A DNA stretch of 64,000 nt from Malacoraja senta. Taxonomy: Eukaryota. Below the pieces are notes generated by a model. The model had not been told where the DNA came from and searched no databases. It was given only the letters and a program-made list of their open reading frames with translations. The stretch spans positions 16,308,001-16,372,000 of the forward strand of contig CM075990.1 of the NCBI GenBank assembly GCA_038087875.1. The letters run 5' to 3'. A program made the translations under genes and the position numbers. This document shows, piece after piece, positions 51,849 through 64,000 of the stretch. Each line of letters opens with the position of its first letter. Position 1 is the stretch's first letter.

Positions 51849-52392
51849 AGGCCTGTCTCACGAGTTTGCGGTCATTGGCGGTGATACAGGAAGTATCTAC
51901 CGCTCATGGACCGCCAGAGACCGCGGGTCCGGTCAAACGCACACTGCTGGGGCCGTGCGGCGTTGTTCCCAACGGTGCTCACAAAAAAACAACAATGTCA
52001 AAAAATCTTTTCCTACCGCACAGCCGCCGCCAGTGAGGCACGAGTGCGACACGGGCACCGCCACAGCCAGTGCGGCACGAGCGCCGTGAGTCGAACTTTC
52101 ACCGCCACAGCCGCCGCCAGTGAGGCACGTGTGCGGCACGGCCGCCGCCACAGCGCCGCGATCACCACTACCGCCGTCACAGCCCCGCGATCCGAAAGAC
52201 GTCATCGCGTAGCGCGTCGCGTTGCGTGATGTCGCCATCACCCGACGCTGCAAGCTCGTGGATCCGGCCGTACGGAGATCACTCGGCCCCCGCGCAGCAT
52301 CCGTGTGGCGCTCTCGCGGTTGACGTGCGGTCCCCTCTTCCGGCGACGCCGCGCTTCACCGCCAATGACCGCAAACCCGTGGGACAGAGCCT
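51849..52392. mobile_element. GC-rich Harbinger-like MITE
   Basis: ~35-bp TIRs (AGGCCTGTCTCACGAGTTTGCGGTCATTGGCGGTGA / TCACCGCCAATGACCGCAAACCCGTGGGACAGAGCCT); internal direct repeat CACAGCCGCCGCCAGTGAGGCACG x2; termini related to the 10344 element. Confidence 0.75.
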
Positions 52393-52624
52393 ATACTCCT
52401 GCCTTAAAGTGCCAGAGATCATGGTTCGATCCTGACTACAGGTGCTCTGGTTTCCTCACACACTCCAAAGAATTACAGGTTTGAAGGTTAATTGGCTTTT
52501 GTAAATATGTAAATAGTTCCTAGTGTGCAGGATAGTGTTAGTGGAGGGGAATTGCTGGTCGGCGCAGACTCAGTGAGCCACAGAGCTGTTTCTGTGCTGT
52601 ATCTCTAAACAAAATTAAACTAAA

Positions 52625-52695
52625 TGCAGGCAAATCGCAGCACCCCGCAACCGCACGTTGGGGGAACAGACCCAACGGGTCTGCACTTGGTCTAG
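52625..52695 (+). mobile_element. Helitron-like 3' terminus
   Basis: Hairpin CAGACCC-AAC-GGGTCTG (52667-52683), 8-nt spacer, CTAG (52692-52695) followed by T. Confidence 0.55.
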
Positions 52696-53243
52696 TAGTC
52701 TTTAATTATGTGGAGTCTGAAGAAGAGTTCCAGCCCATTACGTCACCCATCCTTTTTCTCCAGAGATGCTGTCTATCCCGCTGAATTACTCCAGCACTTT
52801 ATGACTATTTCCCTCAACTTCCAATGTTCCAGAGAAAACTACTGCATCTTGTATCTAATACCCTCTGGTCCTGGTAACATCCTGTTAAACCTCTTCTGCA
52901 CCCTCTCCAAAGCTTCCACATCCTTCCAGTAAAGGGGTTGACCACAACTGTACACAAATACTCAAAGTTCAGCGGCCAATTTTTATAAAACTGCAACATG
53001 ACTTCCTTTCTCTCACTCAATGCCCCATTCGATACTGCCTCAATGCCCCAGACCATCATCCTCACATAAGTAAACTTCCAAGTGAGCTAGCAATTGGAGG
53101 ATTGTGCTTTTACCCTTCAAGTTGGGCAGCATGCCACAGATACCAACCTCAAGGTTCATGATCCTGTTCTCATTATTAATGCTTTTTCCTTACTATTACA
53201 AGAAGAAAATTTAATGAATATCAACATAAACCAAGATGCTTAC

Positions 53244-53398
53244 CAAACAGATTTTTCATAATGCAATAGAGTTTTGAATCGAGGCTTCACATAGTCGTAG
53301 TAGCCCATGTTTTTGTGCTCCTCTTGGCACCAGATAATTTTAGCATTAGGATATTTCCCAGTTTCTCTTTTCAATAGGTCAAATGGAAATGGGGATAA
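53244..53398 (-). CDS. ogdhl: OGDHL exon ([12 protein letters not shown]...[19 protein letters not shown])
   Basis: tgcag|TTA, TG|gtaagc, 155 bp; EEHKNMG (recalled as OGDHL-type; OGDH has KNQG). Confidence 0.93.
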
Positions 53399-54857
53399 CT
53401 GCAAACAGAATACATGATTACAGATACAATTCCTGGAAAATATTTGTTAGGAACTAATGGATTTTATTTCCAATCCCAGCACAATGCAGAGATATGCATT
53501 CTGGTTGTTATTGAAACTTTCACATCAAAATATTATTAATGGAAAGTGTGTTCACATAGTTTCTTAGATAATCTAATGACTGATCAGAATGATGATATGG
53601 ACAGTGCAACATGTATCAGGTAAAAAATCAATTTGATAAGATTACAGAAAAGGAAACCATTTAAAACTTAAAATATTTTAAAACAATATATATTTGCCCA
53701 TCAGCAATATGTATTGCATAAATAAAGAGGATAGTACATTTACAAAATTTAAACTTGGCGGAAATAAAGACTTTGATATTAACACACAGTTTTACCTACC
53801 TTCACGTTAAATGAAATAATAATAAAAGTCCTTAAACAAGGACTAATTTTTGGAGTTGCAGAATATACTTTCATATGGCGGAATATCTTTTGGCATATGG
53901 CTAAGCCAACAATTGGAAAGACATCACGATAGACAGGTGATAGATATTCCCAGAGTCTGAACCATGCCCAATTGTTTATTGCTAATCATTGACATTCCAG
54001 GACATAATAGTAATGTACATAAAAACGTTATCACAAATTTACTTAATAAAAAGTTACATTTCTGAACATAGATTTTGTGAAATTAACTATACTGCCATTT
54101 GAATCATGGTGGTCAGTCGATGATGGAAATACAAAATAAAAATGCTAAAAACACTCAGCAGGTCAGGCAGTAGCTATGGAATGGCAAACCGTGTTAATGT
54201 TTCAGGTCAAATACGTTTTGATGGTGGGAAATAAAGAAACACAATTACAAGTACTGCATTACCTCTTCCCTTTCCACCATCCAGGCACTCAAAGAGCCCT
54301 ACCTGCTGAAGCAGTGATTCATTTGTGCTTTTTCCAATGCCATGTGCTACATCCAATTTTGAATTGGGCATAGTTCAGCTTTCGAGACTATCAAATTTGA
54401 CAACAGTAAATTGGCTTTTTCTGTTTGTATCAGATCTGGCCAGCTCTGCTGTAGGCGAATCATCTCTAATATTGGCTTCAATTTTCCTCCGCCACTTGCA
54501 TGGCTTGACCTCATGGACATTTCCTACAACTTTGGAATTTACAGCTTTTACATGCCTTTTGTTTGCTCTCCAACTATCCTCATTAACTATCCACCACACA
54601 TCTTCATCTATAGTTCATCACCATGGCAACTCTAGCTCAAGCTAACTATCTATTCCCATCCTCTGCCACTTAAAACTAACTCGCTTTCTTTCTTTCTCAG
54701 TTCTAACGAATGGCTTTGACCTGAAATATCACTGGTTCTCTTTCCACAAACATTGCTTGACCTGCTCAGTGAGTCTGGCATTTTCTTCTACGGTTTGAAA
54801 TTCACAGTATCAGCAGTGTTTTGATGTTCTCTCATTATGTTCCATCTCTGGGTTTAC

Positions 54858-55021
54858 CTGCTCCACTCTGATGATGGCCACTTCTTTCTCCATATTTCTG
54901 TTTGTCCTTTCTTTTGCTAGCTCATAATAAATTTTGCCAGTGCAGAAAACCAGTCTCTTCACTTCATTTGGATTCTCTGATGCAACCCCTGCATCTGGAA
55001 TGATTCGTTGGAATCTTGTAC
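54858..55021 (-). CDS. ogdhl: OGDHL exon (TRFQRIIPD...[15 protein letters not shown]...RVEQ)
   Basis: ctag|GT, CAG|gtaaac, 164 bp. Confidence 0.93.
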
Positions 55022-56338
55022 CTAGAAAATATAATATCGATAACTCATTCGAAAATTCTCATGCGACAAACAACAGCTTCGATACCCAAGGTTCCTTCTA
55101 GATAAGCATCCCCAATTCAAAGATATCGTGCAATACATTATATCTTCACACAGATCCAATATTTTTGAGTGAGACCAGGAAGTCCATTGCCCAGAGTTGC
55201 CCAGCTGTTATTATACTTAACAATATAATTAATCGTATCCAAGTACAGAGAGAATAGAAAAAAATGGAATTAGTGTACATTGGCATTTGTTGGTTGACAT
55301 AAATTTAGTGGGCTGTAGAGGCAGTATCCATGCTGTACAATTCTATGACTCTCATTGGTAAATGTGACTCCATTGTGCAGATTTGTCAATTTAAACTGAG
55401 AGATGATCAGTGATCTCTGAAAGTTTCAGAGCAAAGGCTCATCGGAATCCAGATGACAATAAGTTCTACAATTGACTTGGGGGGCAAATGCACGTTAATT
55501 TGTGCAAACTTTGATAGGAGACTTGAAGGCTCAGGTGTTGGGGAGTGGGTCCATCGGACATAGAAGCAGAAATGGGCCATTTAACCCATCGAGTCTGCTG
55601 CACTATTCAATCATGGCTAATCTATTTTTTCCTCTCAACCCCATTCTTGGCAAGAACATATCAATCTCCACTTTAAAGTGCCCAATAACTTGGCCTCCAC
55701 AGCAGTCTGTGGCAATAAATTCCACAGATTCACCATCCTATGACTGAAGAAATTCTTCGCCATCTCCATTCTAAAAATACATCCTTTTTTTCCTGAGGCT
55801 GTGCCCTCTGATACTAAACTTCTCATTAACAGAAACATCCTCTCTATATTCACTCTCTCTAGGTAGTCAAGACTCATTGTAGATAAGAGGTTATCATCAT
55901 AATTTGAAAAAGTTTCAAGCCGACAATCACTAATTGATGGTAAAAAAATTCTACTTTTACAAGAAAAACATGTTGGGTTTCTCTAATCTTTTAAGATGTG
56001 AGGGGCAAGTTTCAATAGGAATCTGAACAGCAACTTTTCATACACAAGGTGATACGTATGTAGAACAAACTGCCAGATGAAGTGGTAGAGGCAGGTATAA
56101 TAACAACATTTAACAGACATTGAGCAAGGACATGGATAGGAAAGGTTGAGAGGAATCTGGGATATGCGGCCAAATGGAACTAGCTTAAATGGGCAGCATG
56201 GATGAGTTGGACAATGTCTTTGTTCACGTTAATTAAGCCTACAGCAGAACCTCCACCCCAATATGCCATTTAAGTTTTATAACTCTTTACAAAGTTATTT
56301 GCAAAACGTTAATGTTTTTTTATATTAAAATGAATTAC

Positions 56339-56411
56339 CTGTAGCCATTTCATCAAAAGATGACTTGGCCTCGGGGTGTCTTAGCAAAGATTTTGGCGTG
56401 AAGATGATCAA
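56339..56411 (-). CDS. ogdhl: OGDHL exon ([24 protein letters not shown])
   Basis: ttcag|TTG, G|gtaatt, 73 bp; TPKSLLRHP motif. Confidence 0.93.
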
Positions 56412-57093
56412 CTGAAAAAAGAGCACAAGTGGTAAACATGCAGGTGAAGCAAGAGATCAGGAACACAAAATGTATGCTGGATTTTATGCACAGTCTAACA
56501 TACAGATGAACGCTTTGCAGAGATTGTCATGGTTTTAGTGAGAATCCATTTATATGAGATTTTGCTCTCCATACTCAAAGGATAAACCACAAAAGTCAGT
56601 GGAGTGTAGGTTTTGCAGGATTGATTCCTGAGTTGAGGGGATGTCCTAAAAGTTTGGCCTAAACTCGTTTGGAAGCGGATTTTCAAAGAAGATGCCAAGT
56701 TGCTTCTTTTAGATGGAGGGTCTAACAACAGGGGGGTGTAATCTTGGGATGACTATAAGGAAAAAAATATTTACAATGCAATTATGAATGATTGGATTTC
56801 TCCACCTCAGACAATTGGATACAATCAAGGTTAGAGCACAATAGATTTGTTGACACTAGATGTTACAGTATCCGAACACATGAAGAAGGCACGCAGTAAG
56901 CTAGAACCTTTTTAAACAGTGGAGCAGGCCCAAATGGCCCAATCTTGCTTGGAATTGTGTTTTTTAAATGAATCTTGAGTACAGAGAGTTAATCTTGCTT
57001 GTAAAATGTCATAACATACAGCATGCCAATCCCTTTAAAACATTTTAAACAACATGAAATTATAACTGAGGAAGTAGTAGAGGATTTTTATAC

Positions 57094-57219
57094 CGGCTTC
57101 CTAAATGGTAACAGGATCTGCCTCCTCAACACATGAAAGTAGCTTGCTGGTGTGGAGCAGTTTACTATAATCCAGTTACAGTCAAACAGTTGCTTTACTT
57201 CAAAGTCTTCCGTATAACT
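57094..57219 (-). CDS. ogdhl: OGDHL exon ([42 protein letters not shown])
   Basis: ttcag|AGT, CCG|gtataa, 126 bp. Confidence 0.93.
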
Positions 57220-57793
57220 CTGAAGAAAAATAATTATTCAAAATGATCAAACAGCAATCATGTTGCAAAACATCTCAATGTTTTTCTGAAATATTGTCCA
57301 CGTTTATTTACACCATCCTTAATCTTTGAAAATGGTAAAGAAATCCATGTCATTGCTACATTTAAACAAAGGGATCTCACAGTGGGACATCAAAGTATTA
57401 TTTTACAAATAGGATAAGCAGCGTGTAGACCAAAAGGCATGTAAATCAAACAAATGCCATGTACTGCAAGTGACTACGCTGCCATGGAATGCCAGGCATA
57501 AATTTGAACGCCTTACTCTAAAAATAGGAGCATGTAAATTAAACTTTGGTAATAATTAATCAAATGCATTATTCTAAAAACGTGTAAATCAAGTGCACGT
57601 AAAACACAAGGTGCCTTTACATACTTAAGCAACAAGGTAAATGCCACTTTCACATATTTCTACTTTAAAAAAAAAACCAGAAGTAAAGGTACAGGAGCTG
57701 GTCAGTTTTTGTTGTACTTTTGTATTACTTTTTCAACAGATGTTGAGTTACGGTGCTTAAATAAAAGGCAATAACAGAATGACACATACTCAC

Positions 57794-57865
57794 AGGATAT
57801 ACATCTGAATTTTCATTACTCATCTGCAAGAATCGTTCTGGTCTAGCTGAAGAATGTTCTGGACC
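57794..57865 (-). CDS. ogdhl: OGDHL exon ([24 protein letters not shown])
   Basis: ttcag|GGT, CCT|gtgagt, 72 bp; GPEHSSAR motif. Confidence 0.94.
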
Positions 57866-59899
57866 CTGAAAAATATAATTGGAAGATTAATTAATTGCTA
57901 TAAACAGGAACCTGACAGAAACCGGCAGCTGCGCACCTTAAATGGTTCAAAGTGGGGCAAATTCTCAAGGCACCCAGAACTTAGCCCTGGACGCAACAGA
58001 TCCAATTTTTCCCAAACTTTCCACCAGTGTTGAGAATGTGTGCACAACTATTTTAAGCTATCCATTGACATACCAGAACAAATATGAGTGAATAATATTT
58101 TATTAACATGATCCTATACAATAGGGACAGATTATTTCGACCAAGAAATAAGCATACAAATGATGTATTTTTTATTTTGTACAATTCCACCATTTACTCT
58201 GTGACCAATTGCTTTTGGGGAACACTTTCATATGAAAGTCTCCAAATGCAAGAATTGCAAAGAGTTCTATTTGTAAGTTCATTAAATGGTTAAGTTTCAA
58301 AGGTCTATTTCTGTATTCTGGAATAGGCAAGATAAATTGTGAAATTAACTTAATGGACCATAACTTCTCTGTTCTTTAAACTACTGTTCCTTTGCAGTTG
58401 TCATTAAAATCCTGCTGGAGAACTGTATAACTCGATGTCAGGTCTCAATTTTTAAATATAATGAAAGAATATTCCAGGATGGGAATATACATTCATCTTA
58501 AATAAAAATTATCAAATAGCCCCAGCGCTTTACATTCCTAAATCATTTAAAAACATCCACATGATCCCCATAATCCTCAGCAAGCAGTCCATCTTCACAA
58601 AATACGCTGGCTATGAAGTCCAAATGTTTTAAAGACAGTTTTAACAACCTTGAATACATTTCAAAGATGATCAAGTTTAGAGAAAAATGTTTTTTTGTAC
58701 TTCAAGGTTATTGAAAGTTCTTGAATTGAAGTGTCTGGAGTTATTTTATCTGATTTACTTTATTGTCCTTGCTTACATAAGGCAGCCATAACTTAAGTAT
58801 TACTTAAACTGGTATACATTCTCGTTGAATCAAATCCAAGGCTTTTATCATTAGAATTTGTCAAACTATTGGTATTTTCAATATTAATTAGTTTTGACAC
58901 AATTAATACAATTTAGAGTAAATTGCAGGAAATCCATATACAGATCATTGACATGGGGTTTCCAGTAGCCCCATTAATGAACTGATATTTAGAACCAATA
59001 AACTTTTAAAAGTGGCTCTCAAAACAATTCAACCAAACTCACCGACAGCCATATTAAGGATGTGAAGAATTGTAAACCAAAAAACGGCAGTGCATTTGTA
59101 TAATTGATATTATGAGAGTTCCTTGGAATGGATATTCTGAGGATGTTAATGGTTTGCAACAAAAACTGTTTGTGAAGCACTGCCTCATTAGATCAAGGAG
59201 TTGGGGCCACAGCAAACTAGATGTCAGATCTCGGTGACTTGTGTTGGGGAGACACTGATGGCTTCACATTTTCAGTCACTTGCCTTGCTGGTTGTTAAAC
59301 CACAATCTTTATATTGAAAAGTAAACAATGACATTTAGATTTTATTGAAAATGCAAATTTTGAGAAGCTGCACATATTCAGAGCGTTAAAGGGTAGCTTT
59401 CTGTGATTTGACAAACAGCGATGTATTAGATATGGATTTTTTTTAATGTCCCAAAAACCAGTTGCTGATGCTGACTTATGTCCCTGAACTATGAGACCGG
59501 ACTTAATCGGACTTTTTCTTGCGCTAAATGTTATACTCTTTACCTGTGCAATGTGGATAGTTTGATTATAATCATGTAGATCTTTTCTTTGATTGGATAA
59601 CACACAAACAAAAGTTTTTCACTGCACCCTGGTATATGTGAGAATAATAAAGTAACTAGGCTTCCAACTTCCAATTTCAACAACATGCGTGCAGTGTCCA
59701 AGTCTTACAGATTCTGAGAGAGTTAAAAACTCAAAAGCAATTCCAGACAAGTGTTAAGGACTGTTAGCGGTTCAATGCCCAAGCGTCTGACAGCAGTGAA
59801 ACACAGTTTTGAAAATAAACTACCAACAACCTGTGATACTTTTACCAAAGGACTCATCAATATGTATGCCTAGGTATGTACTGTATAAATAATTCTTAC

Positions 59900-60078
59900 C
59901 ATCCCCTCCATTCCGTGGGGTAGAAGGAGCACAATTCCATTATTTCTGATCCACTTTGTTTGGCCCGAGCTTACAAATTGATCCAAAATGCACTGCGCTG
60001 TGTTGTAAAAATCACCAAACTGAGCCTCCCAACAGACCAGAGCATTAGGATTTGCCATAGCAAATCCAAGCTCAAAAC
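59900..60078 (-). CDS. ogdhl: OGDHL exon ([23 protein letters not shown]...[10 protein letters not shown]); upstream exons not found within the window
   Basis: ctag|GT, ATG|gtaaga, 179 bp; WEAQFGDF and LLPHG motifs. Confidence 0.95.
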
Positions 60079-60579
60079 CTAGATTAGAAAATAAGTACAA
60101 ATTAAAACAGAATGTGCATTTAAGACTTTTGAACAGCTGTAACAAAGTTACAAATCACCATGTGATAACTTTTAACTATTTGCTGTACTTCGTACAAAAA
60201 AAGAGGGGTAAAGTTTAAAGATGTGTACGGCAAGTTATTTTACGTAGAGTGGTTGGCCTGGAATGCGCTGCCATGAGAAATGGGCGAGGAAGATCTGATA
60301 ATGGCATTAAGAGGCTTTTAGATAGACACATGGATATGTAGGCAATGGAGGGGCACGGATCATGTACAGGCAGATGAGATTAGTTTACCATGGCATAATC
60401 TTTGACATGGTTTTTGTGGGCCGTGGTCCTGTGAGGTACTTGTTCTATGCTCTACAGGGTAATGCTAATAGAGTTAGATAAGGAAAAATGACGTCTCAAG
60501 TTAGGCTGAAGAATCTGGCTTCCTGTAATATATTCTGTGCAATTAAAAATTGCTGTTGAACCTACAGAAAGTTAGGTGC

Positions 60580-61110
60580 TGGTGATATGAATGTCTAAGA
60601 AATTGAACCTGTTGACCATCTATACAGAATCTCTGTTGAAGCCAGGTTTGTATTAACCCCCTTGCTTCCTCAGGTCACCAACTAAAATATTTTTGTCTTG
60701 CTGATGTAAAGGGGTATACTATTGCCCTGATTGCATGAGACGGTTCTAAATCTTGTTCCTGTTCCTCATTTCATCATTGCTGTAGGTCCGACTGATAACA
60801 GTGATAGCATCAGCAAACTTAAACATTGGGTTGGCGATGAATTTGGCCACTGAGTCATAGGTGTACAGGGAGTCAAGCAAGGAACGAGGCACACAGCTTG
60901 AGTGGCGGTGTTGGGGATCACGGTGGAGGAAAGATTATTACCAATTTTAATTAACTGAGGTCCGCCAGTCAAGAATTCCACATGCCCATTACCGATGGAG
61001 ACCCACGGCCAAGGTTGAGGTCTACAGGTGAAATGGTGTTGAAGAATGACCCGTGGTCAACAAATAGCATCCTGACGTAGGTGTTCTTATTGTCAATGTG
61101 TTCGGAACTG
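60580..61110 (-). mobile_element. Degenerate Rex1/Babar-like LINE RT fragment
   Basis: Frameshifted FLTGGPQLIKIGN...NT(G)xxQxxxLxP and KFADA-like RT motifs. Confidence 0.6.
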
Positions 61111-63312
61111 AATAAACTTAGTGGCTTTCAAAGGTGACTGGCAACTGGATGCTCGAGGTCATGCCAATGGGCTGAATTAAAGTGCTCTGCAAAGCAGTCA
61201 TCCAATCTATTTTTGATGTCTCCATTGTAGAGAAGATCCCAGGATGAGCACTGAATGTTGGGCACTAAATCAGAAAGGTCAGCTGTTCAAGGGTGGTTTT
61301 CACCATCTTCTCATGAACAATGAGGTGACAGGCAATAAGCACTATTCTTGGCAGTGATGCCAAAATGCGAAAAAATAAAGGAAAATATTTAGTTATTTTT
61401 ACTGTATTATGATTAAATTTGTTTATTTTCATATTGTTGCGACACAAAAGCCACTTGGCCCATTGAATCTATGCCCACCCTTGGCCTTCTGGGATCATTA
61501 ACTTTGTGTTTCTTCCTACAGATGCTATCTGATATGCTGAGCAATTCCAGCACTGTTTTTATTTCTAAAATTATGTTTCAGCACAGGGTGTACACAGTGC
61601 ATTATAAAAAAGTAAATAATTTGGAATTGTCATTTTGAAATCTTGGAGTCAGGTGGAATCTTTTTTGTTCTTATCTTAGTCTCAAAAATCAGGTGGAAAG
61701 TAAAAATAACTGAGTGTTATAAGAAAGTAACTCATTGTAACAGGGATATAGTTTTATATACTGATGGTGGAAATAAATTGCCAAATTAAGTGGAGTGGAG
61801 GGAAACATCCAAGAAGCAAGGGCAGGTCAACGTTTGTCTTCATGAGATTGCAGAAGCACAAGAGTAAAACCATGAAAGCAAAGATTAAATTCATTTCCCC
61901 GAGTATGGGGAGCACAGCAACGTGGAGGATATTTTGCAATGGTGAAGACATTCAACATGATATCCTGAATGAAAAGAATAGCCGTGAGAATTTAGAAGAC
62001 AAATCTCAAGTAAAAAGTATGATGAACTGATGTTTTTATTAGATAAAAGCAGGGACAGGTAGAAAAACAGACCTTTACAAATATGTTATAAAACACATGG
62101 TGTCATCCCAGCTATACATTTTTAATTACAGAAAATGCAAAATACTTGCACACATAAGATACAGGATTAAATTTACTTATTCAAATGTGCAATTCTCATG
62201 TGGAAAATGCCACAAAGCAGCCAAAACCCAGCTGGCTTGCCTTTATAAGGCTCCACATTTATCGGATGTTAATTTAACCAGCTGCCTGTTCAACTTTGAT
62301 CATACATGCACATATGAAATTGAACAAAATCAAAAAGAAATCATTCTCAAAAAGAAAAAGCTGCAAAACTCTAGAGATGACGATACATGGGATCTGGAAA
62401 TGGATGTGCCAAGTCATGATCAGAAACAAAAGGTAATCATGCAGCTCATGCATATAACCTTACATGTGTGTCATCAAAAGGCAGCACTGTTGTTTTAAGA
62501 GAGCTCTTTACAATAAAACATATATAATTCAATTGTCCATTGGCAACTTTAGAAAGGAAAAATGAAAGGGTTCCTTGTAGTTTAACAGCTCAGTTGCCAA
62601 TTTCCATGGGTGTCCTATCAATAAAATTCATGCTTTGGCTGAAAGTTGATGGATCTCCATCGAACTACAAGATAACACTATATAACTCTTTGTTATGACA
62701 CTTATCTCAAATAATAAATTAGTATTGGTGGTTGTCATCTATAAATCATTTCCGTGCTGTAATGGTTATATGGTTATATGGTTATAAGGTTATATGTTTT
62801 CTGGACATTTCTGGACAAATATGTGAACATTTGTTGCTAAAATAGAATCTCCACTTATTTCAAGGATTACGAAATCCTTGCAATGTCAACTGGATTTGCA
62901 ATTCTGTTACAGGTGAGATCATATGTAAACTTCAAACATGTCGACCATTGCAGAAAATACTCCCACTGGAGAACTTCATAAACCCAGGTGCTCAATTTGC
63001 GTTCAGCACTGACACGATAGAAAGCCTCCAAGTTCTGAACAGATGACAGTATTATAGAGGAACATCTGGAAACCCATCCATTTCTAGGTTTGTTTGCAAT
63101 AATTTTTGTCTTGTGCCTGCTTATTTGATACACAAGAGGAAAGAGGAAAATCCCATAACTCCAGTCTAATTCTGGTTCACCGAGTTAGTTTACTGTGTTC
63201 ATGGAATTAAACATCAACAAAACAGTAAAACATATGGAAAATGTCCAAAAAAAATGTTTTGTTGAAAATCATTCCAATAGAAAACATTTGCAACAATCTG
63301 CACAGAAATATA

Positions 63313-64000
63313 TAGTGCCCTCCATAATGTTTGGGACAAAGACCCATCGTTTATTTATTTGCCTCTGTACTCCACAATTTGAGATTTGTAATAGGAAAAA
63401 AATCACATGCGGTTAAAGTGCACATTGTCAGATTTTATTAAAGGATATTTTTATACATTTTGGTTCACCGTGTAGAAATTACAGCTGTGTTTATACATAG
63501 TCCCCCCATTTCAGGGCACCATAATGTTTGGGACACATGGCTTCACAGGTGTTTATAATTGCTCAGGTGTGTTTAATTGCCTCCTTAATGCAGGTATAAG
63601 AGAGCTCTCAGCACCTAGTCTTTCCTCTAGTCTTTCCATCACCTTTGGGAACTTTTATTGCTGTTTACCAACATGTTTTATTGCTGTTTACCAACATGAG
63701 GACCAAAGTTGTGCCAATGAAAGTTAAAGAAGCCATTATGAGACTGAGAAACAAGAATAAAACTGTTAGAGACATCAGCCAAACTTTAGGCTTACCAAAA
63801 TCACCTCTTTGGAACATCATTAAGAAGAAAGAGAGCACTGGTGAGCTTACTAATCACAAAGGGACTGGCAGGGCAAGGAAGACCTCCACAGCTGATGACA
63901 GAATAATTCTCTCTATAATAAAGAAAAATCCCTAAACACCTGTCCGACAGATCAGAAACACTCTTCAGGAGTCAGGTGTGGATTTGTCAATGACCACTGT
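63313..64000 (+). mobile_element. Tc1/mariner IR/DR-type transposon, left end and inactivated transposase (runs off window)
   Basis: TA|TAGTGCCCTCCATAATGTTTGGGACA end; identical 17-bp DR at 63322-63338 and 63519-63535; ATG 63696 paired-like HTH with GRARKT; in-frame TAA at 63933, after which TPVRQIRNTLQESGVDLSMTT continues. Confidence 0.88.

Noticed and set aside
61744..61790. RNase H-like VLYTDG motif
   Set aside because: A stop follows within a few codons and no other LTR-element motifs are seen.

Overview
Vertebrate nuclear DNA, very probably elasmobranch (skate/ray/shark-type repeat landscape; inferred from HE1/V-SINE-like SINEs, CR1 LINEs and Penelope elements). Three spliced genes occur in the order known from human 10q11 (CHAT - C10orf53 - OGDHL). 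(1) A choline O-acetyltransferase gene on + with 14 coding exons (182-25956, ~641 aa, all GT-AG and phase-consistent). It keeps the choline-specificity motifs but diverges at the catalytic loop and acyl pocket, so it may be a ChAT-like paralogue. (2) A complete 3-exon, 92-aa C10orf53 homologue on + (33764-41042) with clustered X-box-like motifs upstream. (3) The last 7 coding exons of ogdhl on - (51433-60078). The rest is dense with transposable elements. The most notable non-genic signal is that the most abundant repeat is a Penelope-like retroelement terminus carrying a minimal type-I hammerhead ribozyme motif, present in well over a dozen copies on both strands, often as inverted pairs. Also present: an antiparallel CR1-in-CR1-in-SINE nest, Harbinger-like MITEs, a Helitron-like 3' end, a dead IR/DR Tc1 transposon, a 33-bp minisatellite and a ~1.07-kb alternating purine-pyrimidine tract. 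All homology statements come from recalled sequences, not database searches.
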